DNA of 64,000 nucleotides, from the IMG/VR virus record IMGVR_UViG_2706795655_000001, one strand, 5' to 3'. This DNA comes from a virus. Lineage: Duplodnaviria; Heunggongvirae; Uroviricota; Caudoviricetes; Herelleviridae. How positions within the stretch are numbered: the stretch's first letter is position 1; every line of letters starts with the position of its first letter. The notes beneath the pieces were generated by a model. That model saw nothing but the letters and a program-made list of their open reading frames with translations, ran no database searches and was not told the DNA's origin. Below are positions 26,345 through 35,610 of this stretch, piece after piece. The position numbers were made by a program, and so were the translations under genes.

Positions 26345-26361
26345 TATTCCCTATTTTATTT
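26345..26361 (+). repeat. 17-bp motif copy just upstream of the portal RBS
   Basis: TATTCCCTATTTTATTT. Confidence 0.85.
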
Positions 26362-26375
26362 GAATAGAAGGTGGA

Positions 26376-28121
26376 ATGCAAATGGGATTCTGGAGTTTCC
26401 TAAAGAAAGCTCCTTCGGCAAATCCATTAGAATTATTGAATCCAGAGGACAAGCACTCTGAGATTTCTACGATGATTCGACAGATTGAAGAAGAGCAAAT
26501 TATGAAGAGTACGACAGCAGAAAAAGGTAAAGCCAAAGCTTATGAAGAACCGATATTAGGTCAATTCTCAATTAACCCTGATTACAAAGAGGCTCCGTCA
26601 AAAGATGGCAACTACAACCTGTTAGAAAATTTAAAGTTGTGGTCACGAAAGAACATCATTGTTAACGCTATCATAAACACCCGCGTTAACCAAGTTTCGA
26701 TGTTCTGTAGCCCGGCTCGATACAGTTCGAGAGGTGTAGGGTATGAGGTTCGATTAAAAGACCCATTCAAAGACCCAACTACACATGAAGAAGCTGCAAT
26801 CAAACGAATAGAAGACTTCCTTCAATATACAGGAAACATGAAGGATGACTACACGCGAGATAACTTCCGTGGATTCATTAAGAAGATTATCCGTGACCGC
26901 CTTATTTATGACAAGATTAACTTCGAATTAATCTACGATAAGCAGGGCGAACTTAATCGTTTCAAAGCGGTAGATGCTTCTACAATCTATGTAGCGGTTG
27001 ATAAAGAAGGGCGCGAACCTAAAGGTAAGGATTCCGAGAAGTTCGTACAGGTTCTAGACCGAAGGAAAGTAGCGGCATTCAAAGCGAAAGAGATGGCTTG
27101 GGAAGTTCATAACCCGCGTACCGATATTACGGTAGGTCGATATGGTTATTCCGAGCTAGAACTAGCAATGAATCACTTACAGTACCATGAGAATACAGAG
27201 CTATTCAATGCTCGTTACTTTGCTCAAGGTGGTACAACTCGTGGATTACTTCACATTAAAACTGGACAAGACCAATCGAGACATGCTTTACAGGCATTCC
27301 GTCGTGAATGGCAAACAATGTTTAGCGGTATCAATGGCGCTTGGAAGATTCCGGTTGTATCAGCAGAGGATGTTAAGTTCATCAATATGACGCAATCATC
27401 AAGAGATATGGAGTTTGAAAGATGGCTAAACTATCTAATCAACGTTTTATGTAGTATCTACGCTATCGACCCATCGGAGATTAACTTCCCGAACCGTGGC
27501 GGAGCTACCGGTAGTTCTGGTAGCACACTAAATGAAACAAGCGCAAGAGAAAAGAACCGTATCTCTCGTGACAAAGGATTAGAGCCTCTATTAAAGTTCA
27601 TTGAGGATGCAATCAATAAATACATAGTTTCACAGTTTGGTGATAAATACATATTCACATTCGTTGGTGGAGATGCACAGACAGAACGTGAAATCTTAGA
27701 AACTCTTGAATTACAATCTAAAGTCGGTCTTACATTTAATGATATCCGTAAGAAGCTTGGCTATCCTCCAGTAGAGGGCGGAGACGTAATCAACAGTGGT
27801 GTTCACGTACAAAGTCTAGGTCAAATTATGCAAGAGAAAATGATGGAGCAACAGTTTGCATTGCAGAAGCAAGAAGCAAAACAAGCGAATGCAGCAGCTA
27901 AAACCAAGACCTCCACACCAACCAAAGAGCAGTCAGAAGCACAGCAGAAAGGGATGAACGGTGACTCTAAAAACGTCAACGGTAAAGGAACCTATAACAA
28001 GACCGTAGGTAAGGATGGTCAAGTAAAAGGAGCTAAAAATACCAACGCTGCAAAGCAAGGCGGCAAAGGCAACAACGGCGAAACTGTTAATAGCGACGCT
28101 AAGAAAGGCGGTAAGAAGTAA
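26376..28121 (+). CDS. Portal protein
   Basis: NARYFAQGGTTRG, AIDPSEINFP; position before the protease. Confidence 0.93.
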   Translation: MQMGFWSFLKKAPSANPLELLNPEDKHSEISTMIRQIEEEQIMKSTTAEKGKAKAYEEPILGQFSINPDYKEAPSKDGNYNLLENLKLWSRKNIIVNAIINTRVNQVSMFCSPARYSSRGVGYEVRLKDPFKDPTTHEEAAIKRIEDFLQYTGNMKDDYTRDNFRGFIKKIIRDRLIYDKINFELIYDKQGELNRFKAVDASTIYVAVDKEGREPKGKDSEKFVQVLDRRKVAAFKAKEMAWEVHNPRTDITVGRYGYSELELAMNHLQYHENTELFNARYFAQGGTTRGLLHIKTGQDQSRHALQAFRREWQTMFSGINGAWKIPVVSAEDVKFINMTQSSRDMEFERWLNYLINVLCSIYAIDPSEINFPNRGGATGSSGSTLNETSAREKNRISRDKGLEPLLKFIEDAINKYIVSQFGDKYIFTFVGGDAQTEREILETLELQSKVGLTFNDIRKKLGYPPVEGGDVINSGVHVQSLGQIMQEKMMEQQFALQKQEAKQANAAAKTKTSTPTKEQSEAQQKGMNGDSKNVNGKGTYNKTVGKDGQVKGAKNTNAAKQGGKGNNGETVNSDAKKGGKK

Positions 28122-28225
28122 TGAATAGTTATAGAGCTGTTTTTTATTACATGGCGTTAGCTATCATTAACATTCCGAGAAGTCTCTATTACAAATTAAC
28201 CAACAAAAATTAGAATAACCCTCGA

Positions 28226-28275
28226 CTAAGTGGTACTTTTGCTATATTAATATCAGTTACTATCGTACCACTTAG
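28226..28275 (+). promoter_or_regulatory. Late promoter TGCTATATTA (28240-28249) enclosed by a perfect 11-bp inverted repeat ending at the protease RBS
   Basis: CTAAGTGGTAC / GTACCACTTAG. Confidence 0.75.
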
Positions 28276-28284
28276 AAAGGAGGA

Positions 28285-29100
28285 ATGCACTTGGAAACAT
28301 ACGTGGATAAAGCAACAGGTAAGTTTAATATGTTCGTACCAATCGATATTGAAGAATCTATTAAAAAGAATGACGATTCTCCTTCCGAGAAATCTTGGTA
28401 TCTTCGTGGGTACGCAACAACTCGTGACTTAGATAAACAAGATGACATTGTTGACCCTAACGGGATTGACATTAATTACTTCTTGCAGCATGGATACATA
28501 AACTACGAGCATCAACAAGGAGACTTCTACAAGATAGGAGTTCCAACAGAAGGGACATATGTTGACCCGGACGTTGGTTTGTATGTTGAATGTAAACTAT
28601 ATAAGGACAACCCTTACGCTAAGAGTATGTGGGATTTAGCAACAAATATCCAAAAGTCCGGTGTTAAACGTAAACTAGGATTCTCTGTAGAGGGGTTCGG
28701 TTTAGGACGGGATGAGGACGACCCTCGTATTCTTAAAAAGTTACGCGTCACAAACGTAGCAGTAACAACAAACCCAGCTAACCCATTTGCAACATGGGAA
28801 CATTTCATGAAGTCCTTTACGGCTGGTTATCCTATTTCACCAGACAATGCTATCGATGCTGGCGCGTTAAGTCCAGAATCATTCGCTAGAAGTCTTTACA
28901 ACCTAACATGGACGTTAAAGAAATCTGACGATAAAGAGTTTGCAGAGACATGGGATAAGATAGGAGATTACCTAGATGCGATGGATAGAAATACTCCTGA
29001 GTGCGCGATGCTATTTTTGCAGATTGCTAAAGGGTATTCTAGAAATGAAGCATTAGAAAAACTAAAAACATTTTATTCGAAATCCAGAAAGGAGCAATAA
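28285..29100 (+). CDS. Prohead protease
   Basis: GYATTRDLDKQDDIV, INYEH, LGFSVEG, VAVTTNPANP. Confidence 0.92.
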   Translation: MHLETYVDKATGKFNMFVPIDIEESIKKNDDSPSEKSWYLRGYATTRDLDKQDDIVDPNGIDINYFLQHGYINYEHQQGDFYKIGVPTEGTYVDPDVGLYVECKLYKDNPYAKSMWDLATNIQKSGVKRKLGFSVEGFGLGRDEDDPRILKKLRVTNVAVTTNPANPFATWEHFMKSFTAGYPISPDNAIDAGALSPESFARSLYNLTWTLKKSDDKEFAETWDKIGDYLDAMDRNTPECAMLFLQIAKGYSRNEALEKLKTFYSKSRKEQ

Positions 29101-29103
29101 TTA

Positions 29104-30036
29104 ATGACACAAGTAAAAATTTCTGAGTTAACGAAAGAACTAGAGGGAATGTCAGAAAAGGAAACTGTAGAAAAATCTATGGACTTATCTGTTGAACAAG
29201 ATGTTACCCCTGTAGCCGAGGCTAAAATTCCGGAACCAGAAGAGAAGGAAGAAGAAAAAGCCGAGGAGCCTAAAGAGGAAGAAAAATCCGAAGAGGCTAA
29301 AGAAGAGGACGAAGAGGTTGTCGAAAAGTCTGCTGATAAAAAAGAAGACAAAGAAGACAAGAAGGACGAGAAAGACGAGAAAGAAAAAGGCAAGGACAAG
29401 GAAAAAGGTAAAGATAAGGACAAAAAAGAAGACAAGGAAGAAGTTAAGAAGTCTGAGGTACCTGTGGACGGTCTAGAGCAATCACAAGCTATTTCTGGTG
29501 CAGAACTATTATCTGCGTTCGAAGCCGTTGTAAAGTCTTATGAGGGCGTAAAAAAAGAACTTAAAGATTCTGAGGATTCTATTGTCGAAAAAGTTACTAA
29601 ATCTATCCTTCCTATGATTGAAAATATCGCTAAACACTTCGAAGAACTTAAGAAAAAAGAAGTTAAAGAAGAAGTGGCGGAAGAACCTAAGGAAGAAGAA
29701 GTTAAAGAACCTGAGGTAAAAGAAGAGGAAGTTAAGGAAGAAGAAACGGAAGTTGTAGAGAAATCTATGGCACCTGTTGAAGAAGAAGAGTTAGAAGGTA
29801 AAGCGGTAGAATATATCGAAAAATCTGCTAACGCTCCTGTCGAAGAAGAAGTAGAAGAGGTAGTAGAAGAAGTATTTAAAGCTGCTGACTTCGCTTCGGA
29901 AGTTGTAGATATCGCTATCGCTAGTAAATTCGACCCGGGAACTAACCACCGTGTATTCCATGCGGTAAATCGTGTTAAAGAAGGGCGCGAAACAGAAGAC
30001 GATATCGCCATCTTCAAAAAAGTTTTAGGTAAGTAA
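29104..30036 (+). CDS. Acidic low-complexity head protein, likely scaffold
   Basis: E/K-rich; between protease and capsid; repeated xxKS motifs. Confidence 0.75.
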   Translation: MTQVKISELTKELEGMSEKETVEKSMDLSVEQDVTPVAEAKIPEPEEKEEEKAEEPKEEEKSEEAKEEDEEVVEKSADKKEDKEDKKDEKDEKEKGKDKEKGKDKDKKEDKEEVKKSEVPVDGLEQSQAISGAELLSAFEAVVKSYEGVKKELKDSEDSIVEKVTKSILPMIENIAKHFEELKKKEVKEEVAEEPKEEEVKEPEVKEEEVKEEETEVVEKSMAPVEEEELEGKAVEYIEKSANAPVEEEVEEVVEEVFKAADFASEVVDIAIASKFDPGTNHRVFHAVNRVKEGRETEDDIAIFKKVLGK

Positions 30037-30077
30037 TTCATCTTCGAAAAAAATAAGTAAGAAGTGTTATATTATAC

Positions 30078-30135
30078 TCGTAGGCTCTAAAAATACGAAA
30101 AGGTAGCTTCCCTCCTCCTAAGTTACCTTTTCCAT
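30078..30135 (+). ncRNA. Candidate ~55-nt RNA or leader hairpin with anti-SD loop
   Basis: 13-bp stem 30097-30109/30120-30132, loop CCCTCCTCCT, between late motifs at 30065-30074 and 30139-30148. Confidence 0.45.
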
Positions 30136-30221
30136 TTGTGGTATAATAGAGTTAAGGGGAGATAAATTACGTTATCAATAAAATATATAAAATACATATA
30201 CTAGAAAGGAAGAATTAATAA

Positions 30222-31661
30222 ATGACAGAATTACAAAAAGAACAGAAAGTCGAAGCTCGTAAGCTCCCTGCTGGCGCGGAAGCGGAATTAGCAGAATTAG
30301 TTTCGAAGTCATTTACAACTGGTACTGGTATTACTCCAGATACACAGCAAGACGCAGCAGCATTACGTCGAGAACTTTTAGACGACCAAGTAAAAATGCT
30401 TGCATTCACAAACGGAGATTTCACTATTTACCCGTTGATTAACAAACAACAAGTTAACTCAACAGTAGCTAAATACGCAGTCTTCAATCAACATGGTCGT
30501 ACTGGTCACTCTCGTTTCGTTCGTGAGGTAGGGGTAGCATCTATCAATGACCCTAACATCCGTCAAAAGACAGTACAAATGAAGTTCTTATCTGATACTA
30601 AGCAACAATCACTTGCTGCTGGTTTAGTTAACAACATCGCTGACCCAATGACAATCTTGACAGAGGACGCAATTTCTGTTATCGCTAAATCTATCGAGTG
30701 GGCAATCTTCTACGGAGATGCAGCATTAGCAGCAGAAGCAGATAATCAAGCTGGTATCGAGTTCGATGGTTTAACAAAACTTATCGATGAGCAAACTAAC
30801 GTTATCGACTTAGCTGGGGAACGTTTAGATGAGGCTACTTTAAACAAAGCGGCTGTAATCGTAGGTAAAGGTTATGGACGAGCTACTGATGCATTTATGC
30901 CAATCGGTGTACAAGCTGACTTCACTAACAACCTATTAGACCGTCAACGTGTTATCCAACCGTCACAAGCTGGTGGATTCTCAACTGGTTTCTCTATCAA
31001 CCAATTCTTATCTACTCGTGGTGCAATCAACTTACATGGTTCTACAATCATGGAAAATGATAACATCCTAGTTGACCGTATTCCAGAGCCAAACGCACCT
31101 CAAGCTCCTGCATCTGTAGTTGCTACAGTTAAAACAGCAGACAAAGGTAAGTTCCGTCCGGTTAAAGATATTAAGACTCACGGTTACAAAGTTGTAGTTC
31201 ACTCTGATGACGCAGAATCATTAGCATCTGATGAAGTAACAGCAGTAGTAGCTAACCCTACTGACTCTGTATCAATCGCAGTTAAGCTTCAATCTTTATA
31301 CCAAGCTAAACCGCAGTTCATCTCTATCTACCGTAAAGGTAATGAGACAGGTCACTACTTCTTAATCGCTCGTGTAGCTCTTTCTAAAGCTGACGAAAAT
31401 GGTTTAATCACATTCGTTGACCGTAACCAAGTGATTCCAGAAACTACTGACGTATTCATCGGTGAGTTAACTCCACAAGTTCTTAGCTTACTAGAGTTAC
31501 TTCCTATGATGAAGCTACCATTAGCGCAAATGAATGCTACAACAACGTTCACAGTGCTTTGGTACGGCGCATTAGCATTATACGCTCCTAAGAAATGGGT
31601 TCGTATCAAGAACGTTCAGTACATCCCAGCTCTAGCAGCAGATGTTACTTACCGTCCTTAA
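30222..31661 (+). CDS. Major capsid protein precursor
   Basis: KSFTTGTGITPDTQQDAAALRRE, IAKSIEWAIFYGD typical of Twort/SPO1-like capsids. Confidence 0.96.
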   Translation: MTELQKEQKVEARKLPAGAEAELAELVSKSFTTGTGITPDTQQDAAALRRELLDDQVKMLAFTNGDFTIYPLINKQQVNSTVAKYAVFNQHGRTGHSRFVREVGVASINDPNIRQKTVQMKFLSDTKQQSLAAGLVNNIADPMTILTEDAISVIAKSIEWAIFYGDAALAAEADNQAGIEFDGLTKLIDEQTNVIDLAGERLDEATLNKAAVIVGKGYGRATDAFMPIGVQADFTNNLLDRQRVIQPSQAGGFSTGFSINQFLSTRGAINLHGSTIMENDNILVDRIPEPNAPQAPASVVATVKTADKGKFRPVKDIKTHGYKVVVHSDDAESLASDEVTAVVANPTDSVSIAVKLQSLYQAKPQFISIYRKGNETGHYFLIARVALSKADENGLITFVDRNQVIPETTDVFIGELTPQVLSLLELLPMMKLPLAQMNATTTFTVLWYGALALYAPKKWVRIKNVQYIPALAADVTYRP

Positions 31662-31837
31662 TTAATACATACCAAAACTAGTTAGGGTTTTAATAGATAG
31701 ACGTACCTACCTCTTAATTGAGGAGGTACGATTTATAAAAACTACCATACCCTAACCTGATAATATCATAGGTGTTTCGCCACCGCAAGTGCGAACTTTA
31801 AAATAGTCCTTTGACAACTAAATAAAAAAACTGAATA

Positions 31838-31867
31838 GGAGCAGACAAAAAATCTGCTCCTTTTTAT
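31838..31867 (+). terminator. Terminator closing the long capsid 3' region
   Basis: GGAGCAGA/TCTGCTCC stem + T tract. Confidence 0.85.
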
Positions 31868-31898
31868 TTCAAAAAATACGATATAAAGGAGATTTATT

Positions 31899-32129
31899 AT
31901 GTTAGTAAATGAACAATTAGCAGGAAAGACAGTAGCATCCGCCTTTGGAGACATTACCTTCAATGAGAAAGGTGAAGCTGTAGAAATTAAACCAGAAGTA
32001 GAAAAGGCTTTAGCGCACGTTCAAGGATTCACTCTAGTAGAAGAGAAGCTGGAACCAAAGAAAGAGGCTCCAGCTAAGAAATCCGCACCTAAAAAAGCTG
32101 CACCTAAAGCAGATAAAGAAGAAAAATAA
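31899..32129 (+). CDS. Small structural protein, Lys/Ala-rich tail
   Basis: AAAGGAG RBS; post-capsid position. Confidence 0.75.
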   Translation: MLVNEQLAGKTVASAFGDITFNEKGEAVEIKPEVEKALAHVQGFTLVEEKLEPKKEAPAKKSAPKKAAPKADKEEK

Positions 32130-32141
32130 TAGGGAGTAGGG

Positions 32142-33020
32142 TTGTGTATGTTCACAAATGAAGAAAGAGGATATCAGTATCAGCATAATAACGAGAAGTT
32201 AATATCTCTAGAAGATATTGAAAAACTCCGACTAGAAGACTATGGATTAACCGTAGATGCCGTTAAGATGAATCACTTTGGTATTGTTGTTACTGACCCT
32301 AGAACTGGTGAATACATGCCGGATGAGTTCTATCAATCTAAAATAGAACAGGCTGTAGCGCAAGCAGAGAAGAAGTTAGACATCGTAATTCTCCCTCGAT
32401 ATAACTCTGAACACCACGATTACTACCGTAATGACTTTGAAAGCTTCATGTTCCTTCGCACACATCAGCGACCAATCATGCAAGCAGAGAAGGTTACATT
32501 AGAGTATGGTGGAGGAACTGTTTTTAACTACCCTACGAAGTGGTGGAAGGTTTATAAGCTAGAGGGTCATTTAGAGATGCTACCGACTCTAATGCTGTCA
32601 GAACAGGGTCAGAACATGAATTTAGCGCAAGCATACTCCGGATACCCTATGATTGCAGGTATTCCTCATTTAGTTGGGAATAATTACGCTCCACAGATGT
32701 TCCATGTAGAGTATGTAGCTGGTATGTTACCACCAAAACGAAGAGGTGTATCGCAACCGTGGGAAATGCATCCTGACTTATGGACACTCATTATCAAGAT
32801 TGCTTTAAAAGAAGTATTCCAACAATGGGGTCGCTTAATCGTAGGTGCAGGTATCGCGTCTATGGACATCAGTATCGATGGCATTTCACAACACATTGAT
32901 ACAACTCAATCTGCTATGTATGGTGGAGCATCAGCCGATATCATGCAGCTAGATAGAGATATTCAAGAATTAGTAGATGGATTGAAATCTTACTACGGAG
33001 TTAACTTAGGAATTATTTAA
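32142..33020 (+). CDS. Head-tail connector/neck protein
   Basis: SIDGISQHIDTTQSAMYGGASA; position. Confidence 0.7.
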   Translation: MCMFTNEERGYQYQHNNEKLISLEDIEKLRLEDYGLTVDAVKMNHFGIVVTDPRTGEYMPDEFYQSKIEQAVAQAEKKLDIVILPRYNSEHHDYYRNDFESFMFLRTHQRPIMQAEKVTLEYGGGTVFNYPTKWWKVYKLEGHLEMLPTLMLSEQGQNMNLAQAYSGYPMIAGIPHLVGNNYAPQMFHVEYVAGMLPPKRRGVSQPWEMHPDLWTLIIKIALKEVFQQWGRLIVGAGIASMDISIDGISQHIDTTQSAMYGGASADIMQLDRDIQELVDGLKSYYGVNLGII

Positions 33021-33035
33021 GAGAGGAGGTAGAGT

Positions 33036-33821
33036 ATGGCGGATAAACCGTATATGTTGCAAGCCACCGCACAGGCTACACATAGATTACCAGACTTAGA
33101 TAGCCACGTAGAGAACTTTGCTCAACGCGTTATGTGGGAGAAGTCGTATTTATGTCCTTGCCGGGATAAAGCAACAAGACAACCACAACAAAGCTGTAAA
33201 ATCTGTCATGGTAGAGGTATCGCCTATCTACCTGCTAGAGAAATAGGTATGATGATTCAGTCCCAAGAGAAAGGTGTATTCAACGGGGACTTAGGATTAA
33301 TCGATACTGGTTCCGCAATAGGTACACCAGAAAGAAAAACAAGAATCGCATTCCGTGACAGAATCACCGTTACTAAAGCTGTTATATCACAGTCATTTAT
33401 TTTCGATGCTACACCTAACCGAATAAAGCATGGATTCTACATGGTTTACGATGTGAAGAAAATCGAGTTCGTTACATCTATGAAAGGTGAACTATTAGAG
33501 GGACAAGATTACACGGTTGATTACAACAAGAATCTATTCTTCCCTAAAGAGCATCTAGACGGATACAACATATCGATTAATATCGACACTACATTACGAT
33601 ATCTAGTAGCTGACCTATTGAAAGAACATCGATATGTACGAGATATGGATTACTCACAACACAATGCAGTTCAAAAGCTGTTACTAAAGCGTGAGGATAT
33701 TTTCATCGAGAAAGAAGCATTCGAAGTTGGCGTTAATAATAAGGAAGTAGATACTATCATCGATGCGAAGCGTAAACCTAGCACAGATGGATTAAACGGG
33801 TTCTTCAAAGGGATTGGTTAA
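33036..33821 (+). CDS. Neck/head-closure protein with Cys motifs
   Basis: CPC...CKICHGRG; position. Confidence 0.7.
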   Translation: MADKPYMLQATAQATHRLPDLDSHVENFAQRVMWEKSYLCPCRDKATRQPQQSCKICHGRGIAYLPAREIGMMIQSQEKGVFNGDLGLIDTGSAIGTPERKTRIAFRDRITVTKAVISQSFIFDATPNRIKHGFYMVYDVKKIEFVTSMKGELLEGQDYTVDYNKNLFFPKEHLDGYNISINIDTTLRYLVADLLKEHRYVRDMDYSQHNAVQKLLLKREDIFIEKEAFEVGVNNKEVDTIIDAKRKPSTDGLNGFFKGIG

Positions 33822-33823
33822 GA

Positions 33824-34456
33824 ATGGTTAGGAAGAACAATAGAAGACCTAGACTTTTCCAGAGTCAGTCACAGATGAAAAAAGCTCTTACCAATCTGGG
33901 AAATAATTTAAGTAATCAGGTTCTCGATGAAACCGCACAAGCTATCGCTAAGAGTAAACCGCAAGGTATGGAAGTTAAAAGAAAGCCTAAGTACCTGCAA
34001 GTAACAGAAAAACGATTGGATTCTATGGGTGTCATCGACCTTAAGCCTTACTTCGCACAAAGCAGCAAGCGTAAAACAAGTAAGGATGGTGGATGGTACC
34101 TTACAGTCCCAATCAGACGAAAAGCAAGAGGTATGTCGCGTAGGATGTACGAACAGCTACGGGCTATCGATATCCAACCGAACACACGTAAAACTGTTAT
34201 ATCCGACTACTTGTACGATAAGAGAGAATCATCTGATGCAGGTATGTTAAATTACACGCCTACTTCTAACAACATCACGAAGATTAAAGTGGGAAATAAT
34301 CGACATGACTATGTAGCATTTCGTACCGTATCAGATAAATCACCTGCTAGTAGCTGGATTGTGAACAGAGGTAAGGTAACCGTTAACAACACTTCTAAAA
34401 CCTTCGTATCGAACGTTAACAGGCTTATGAAGTGGAATATGAAGAACGGTGTTTAG
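33824..34456 (+). CDS. Basic neck/tail-completion protein
   Basis: FRTVSDKSPASSWI; position. Confidence 0.65.
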   Translation: MVRKNNRRPRLFQSQSQMKKALTNLGNNLSNQVLDETAQAIAKSKPQGMEVKRKPKYLQVTEKRLDSMGVIDLKPYFAQSSKRKTSKDGGWYLTVPIRRKARGMSRRMYEQLRAIDIQPNTRKTVISDYLYDKRESSDAGMLNYTPTSNNITKIKVGNNRHDYVAFRTVSDKSPASSWIVNRGKVTVNNTSKTFVSNVNRLMKWNMKNGV

Positions 34457-34478
34457 AGTTTAGAAAGGAGGAGAAAAT

Positions 34479-35351
34479 TTGTTATCTAGTATTGATACAT
34501 ACCTATATACCCAGATAGAAAGTACTCTGGGGAATTTGTTGACGAACCGCTATATTATAGAAGAACTATTAAAAGAGGTTCAACCAACCGTAAGAGAAGC
34601 GTTTATCAAGGCTTATGTATATGACGAAAAACGTAACCCGGCTCCCTCGGAAATACCAATTGTATACACAATGCCACAAGATAAACAGATGCTTCGAGGA
34701 GCCATTTATATCGGACTTAGAGAGGGAGAAGAATCCCACACTAGTATCGGTAACCAAGAAAGCACATATGGCGCTCCATCAAGAGGATTATTATCCGAAC
34801 AATCCACAATCACAGTAGACCAAACGAACGGAAAAATGTATTTAGAGGTTAGTAAGCCTATCGCAGATGTTGATAGCGTAACGGGTATTACATTCTCCAG
34901 TGGCGAACTTGAGTATGTGGGAAATAGAATGTACTTCGATTACAATCCGGTGTTTGAAAATTTAGAACCTTTCACTGTGTGGTATGAAGCAGAATCAGAA
35001 AATCCGAATCGTAAAGACGAGTTTGGTATCCGCTCTGGTTTCACTACAACAGAATATTATTCAGTTCTAGTACTCTCTACCAACATGAATACAGTAAGGT
35101 GCCTAGATTTATTGCTTAAAGCAGTACTCATCTATATGAGAAGTACAGCAGAAGAGCATACGAACAACCTGTTACAAGGTGTAAAGTTCGGTCAAATAGA
35201 CGAAATCAAAACAGGTGACGGTGCTGATGGCTCTTCTCCAGAAATCCTATACGGACGAGAAACCATTATCAAGTACGTTACATCTTACAGTTTAGACGTT
35301 CCGATTGAAAATAAGATTAAGGAACTTTTAATAAATAGTAAATTCAATTAA
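34479..35351 (+). CDS. Tail terminator/completion-like structural protein
   Basis: Position before the sheath. Confidence 0.6.
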   Translation: MLSSIDTYLYTQIESTLGNLLTNRYIIEELLKEVQPTVREAFIKAYVYDEKRNPAPSEIPIVYTMPQDKQMLRGAIYIGLREGEESHTSIGNQESTYGAPSRGLLSEQSTITVDQTNGKMYLEVSKPIADVDSVTGITFSSGELEYVGNRMYFDYNPVFENLEPFTVWYEAESENPNRKDEFGIRSGFTTTEYYSVLVLSTNMNTVRCLDLLLKAVLIYMRSTAEEHTNNLLQGVKFGQIDEIKTGDGADGSSPEILYGRETIIKYVTSYSLDVPIENKIKELLINSKFN

Positions 35352-35369
35352 TAGATTGGAGGTTTCATA

Positions 35370-35582
35370 GTGGAAAAGGAAGCTAAAGAAGTAAAGAAGA
35401 CGAAAGTAGAACCGCTTAAACCCTACGTCCACATTGATACATTCATCCAAACTGCGAAACACTTATACGATTTAAGTGACACTCAATTGGCTGGATTCAA
35501 GGCATTAATGAATGGGCAACACTATCAAAGAGATGAATTAATTTTCTTAGATAATCTCAAGAAGCATTTTAATTTAAAATAA
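35370..35582 (+). CDS. Small hypothetical protein
   Basis: GGAGGT RBS. Confidence 0.7.
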   Translation: MEKEAKEVKKTKVEPLKPYVHIDTFIQTAKHLYDLSDTQLAGFKALMNGQHYQRDELIFLDNLKKHFNLK

Positions 35583-35610
35583 ACATACATAGGAAAGGAA
35601 GATTACATAT

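Noticed and set aside
24354-26361. CRISPR-like array from the 21-bp repeats
   Set aside because: Irregular spacing (154 to about 950 bp), mixed orientation, no cas genes
31650-31670. +1 frameshift extension of the capsid at CCT TAA
   Set aside because: The +1 frame stops within two codons; no downstream domain
31662-31830. Pistol ribozyme, fluoride riboswitch or group I intron fragment
   Set aside because: Partial resemblances only (TTAGGG/CCCTAA, GGTGTTTCGCCA, AATAGTCC); the conserved catalytic or pairing nucleotides are missing
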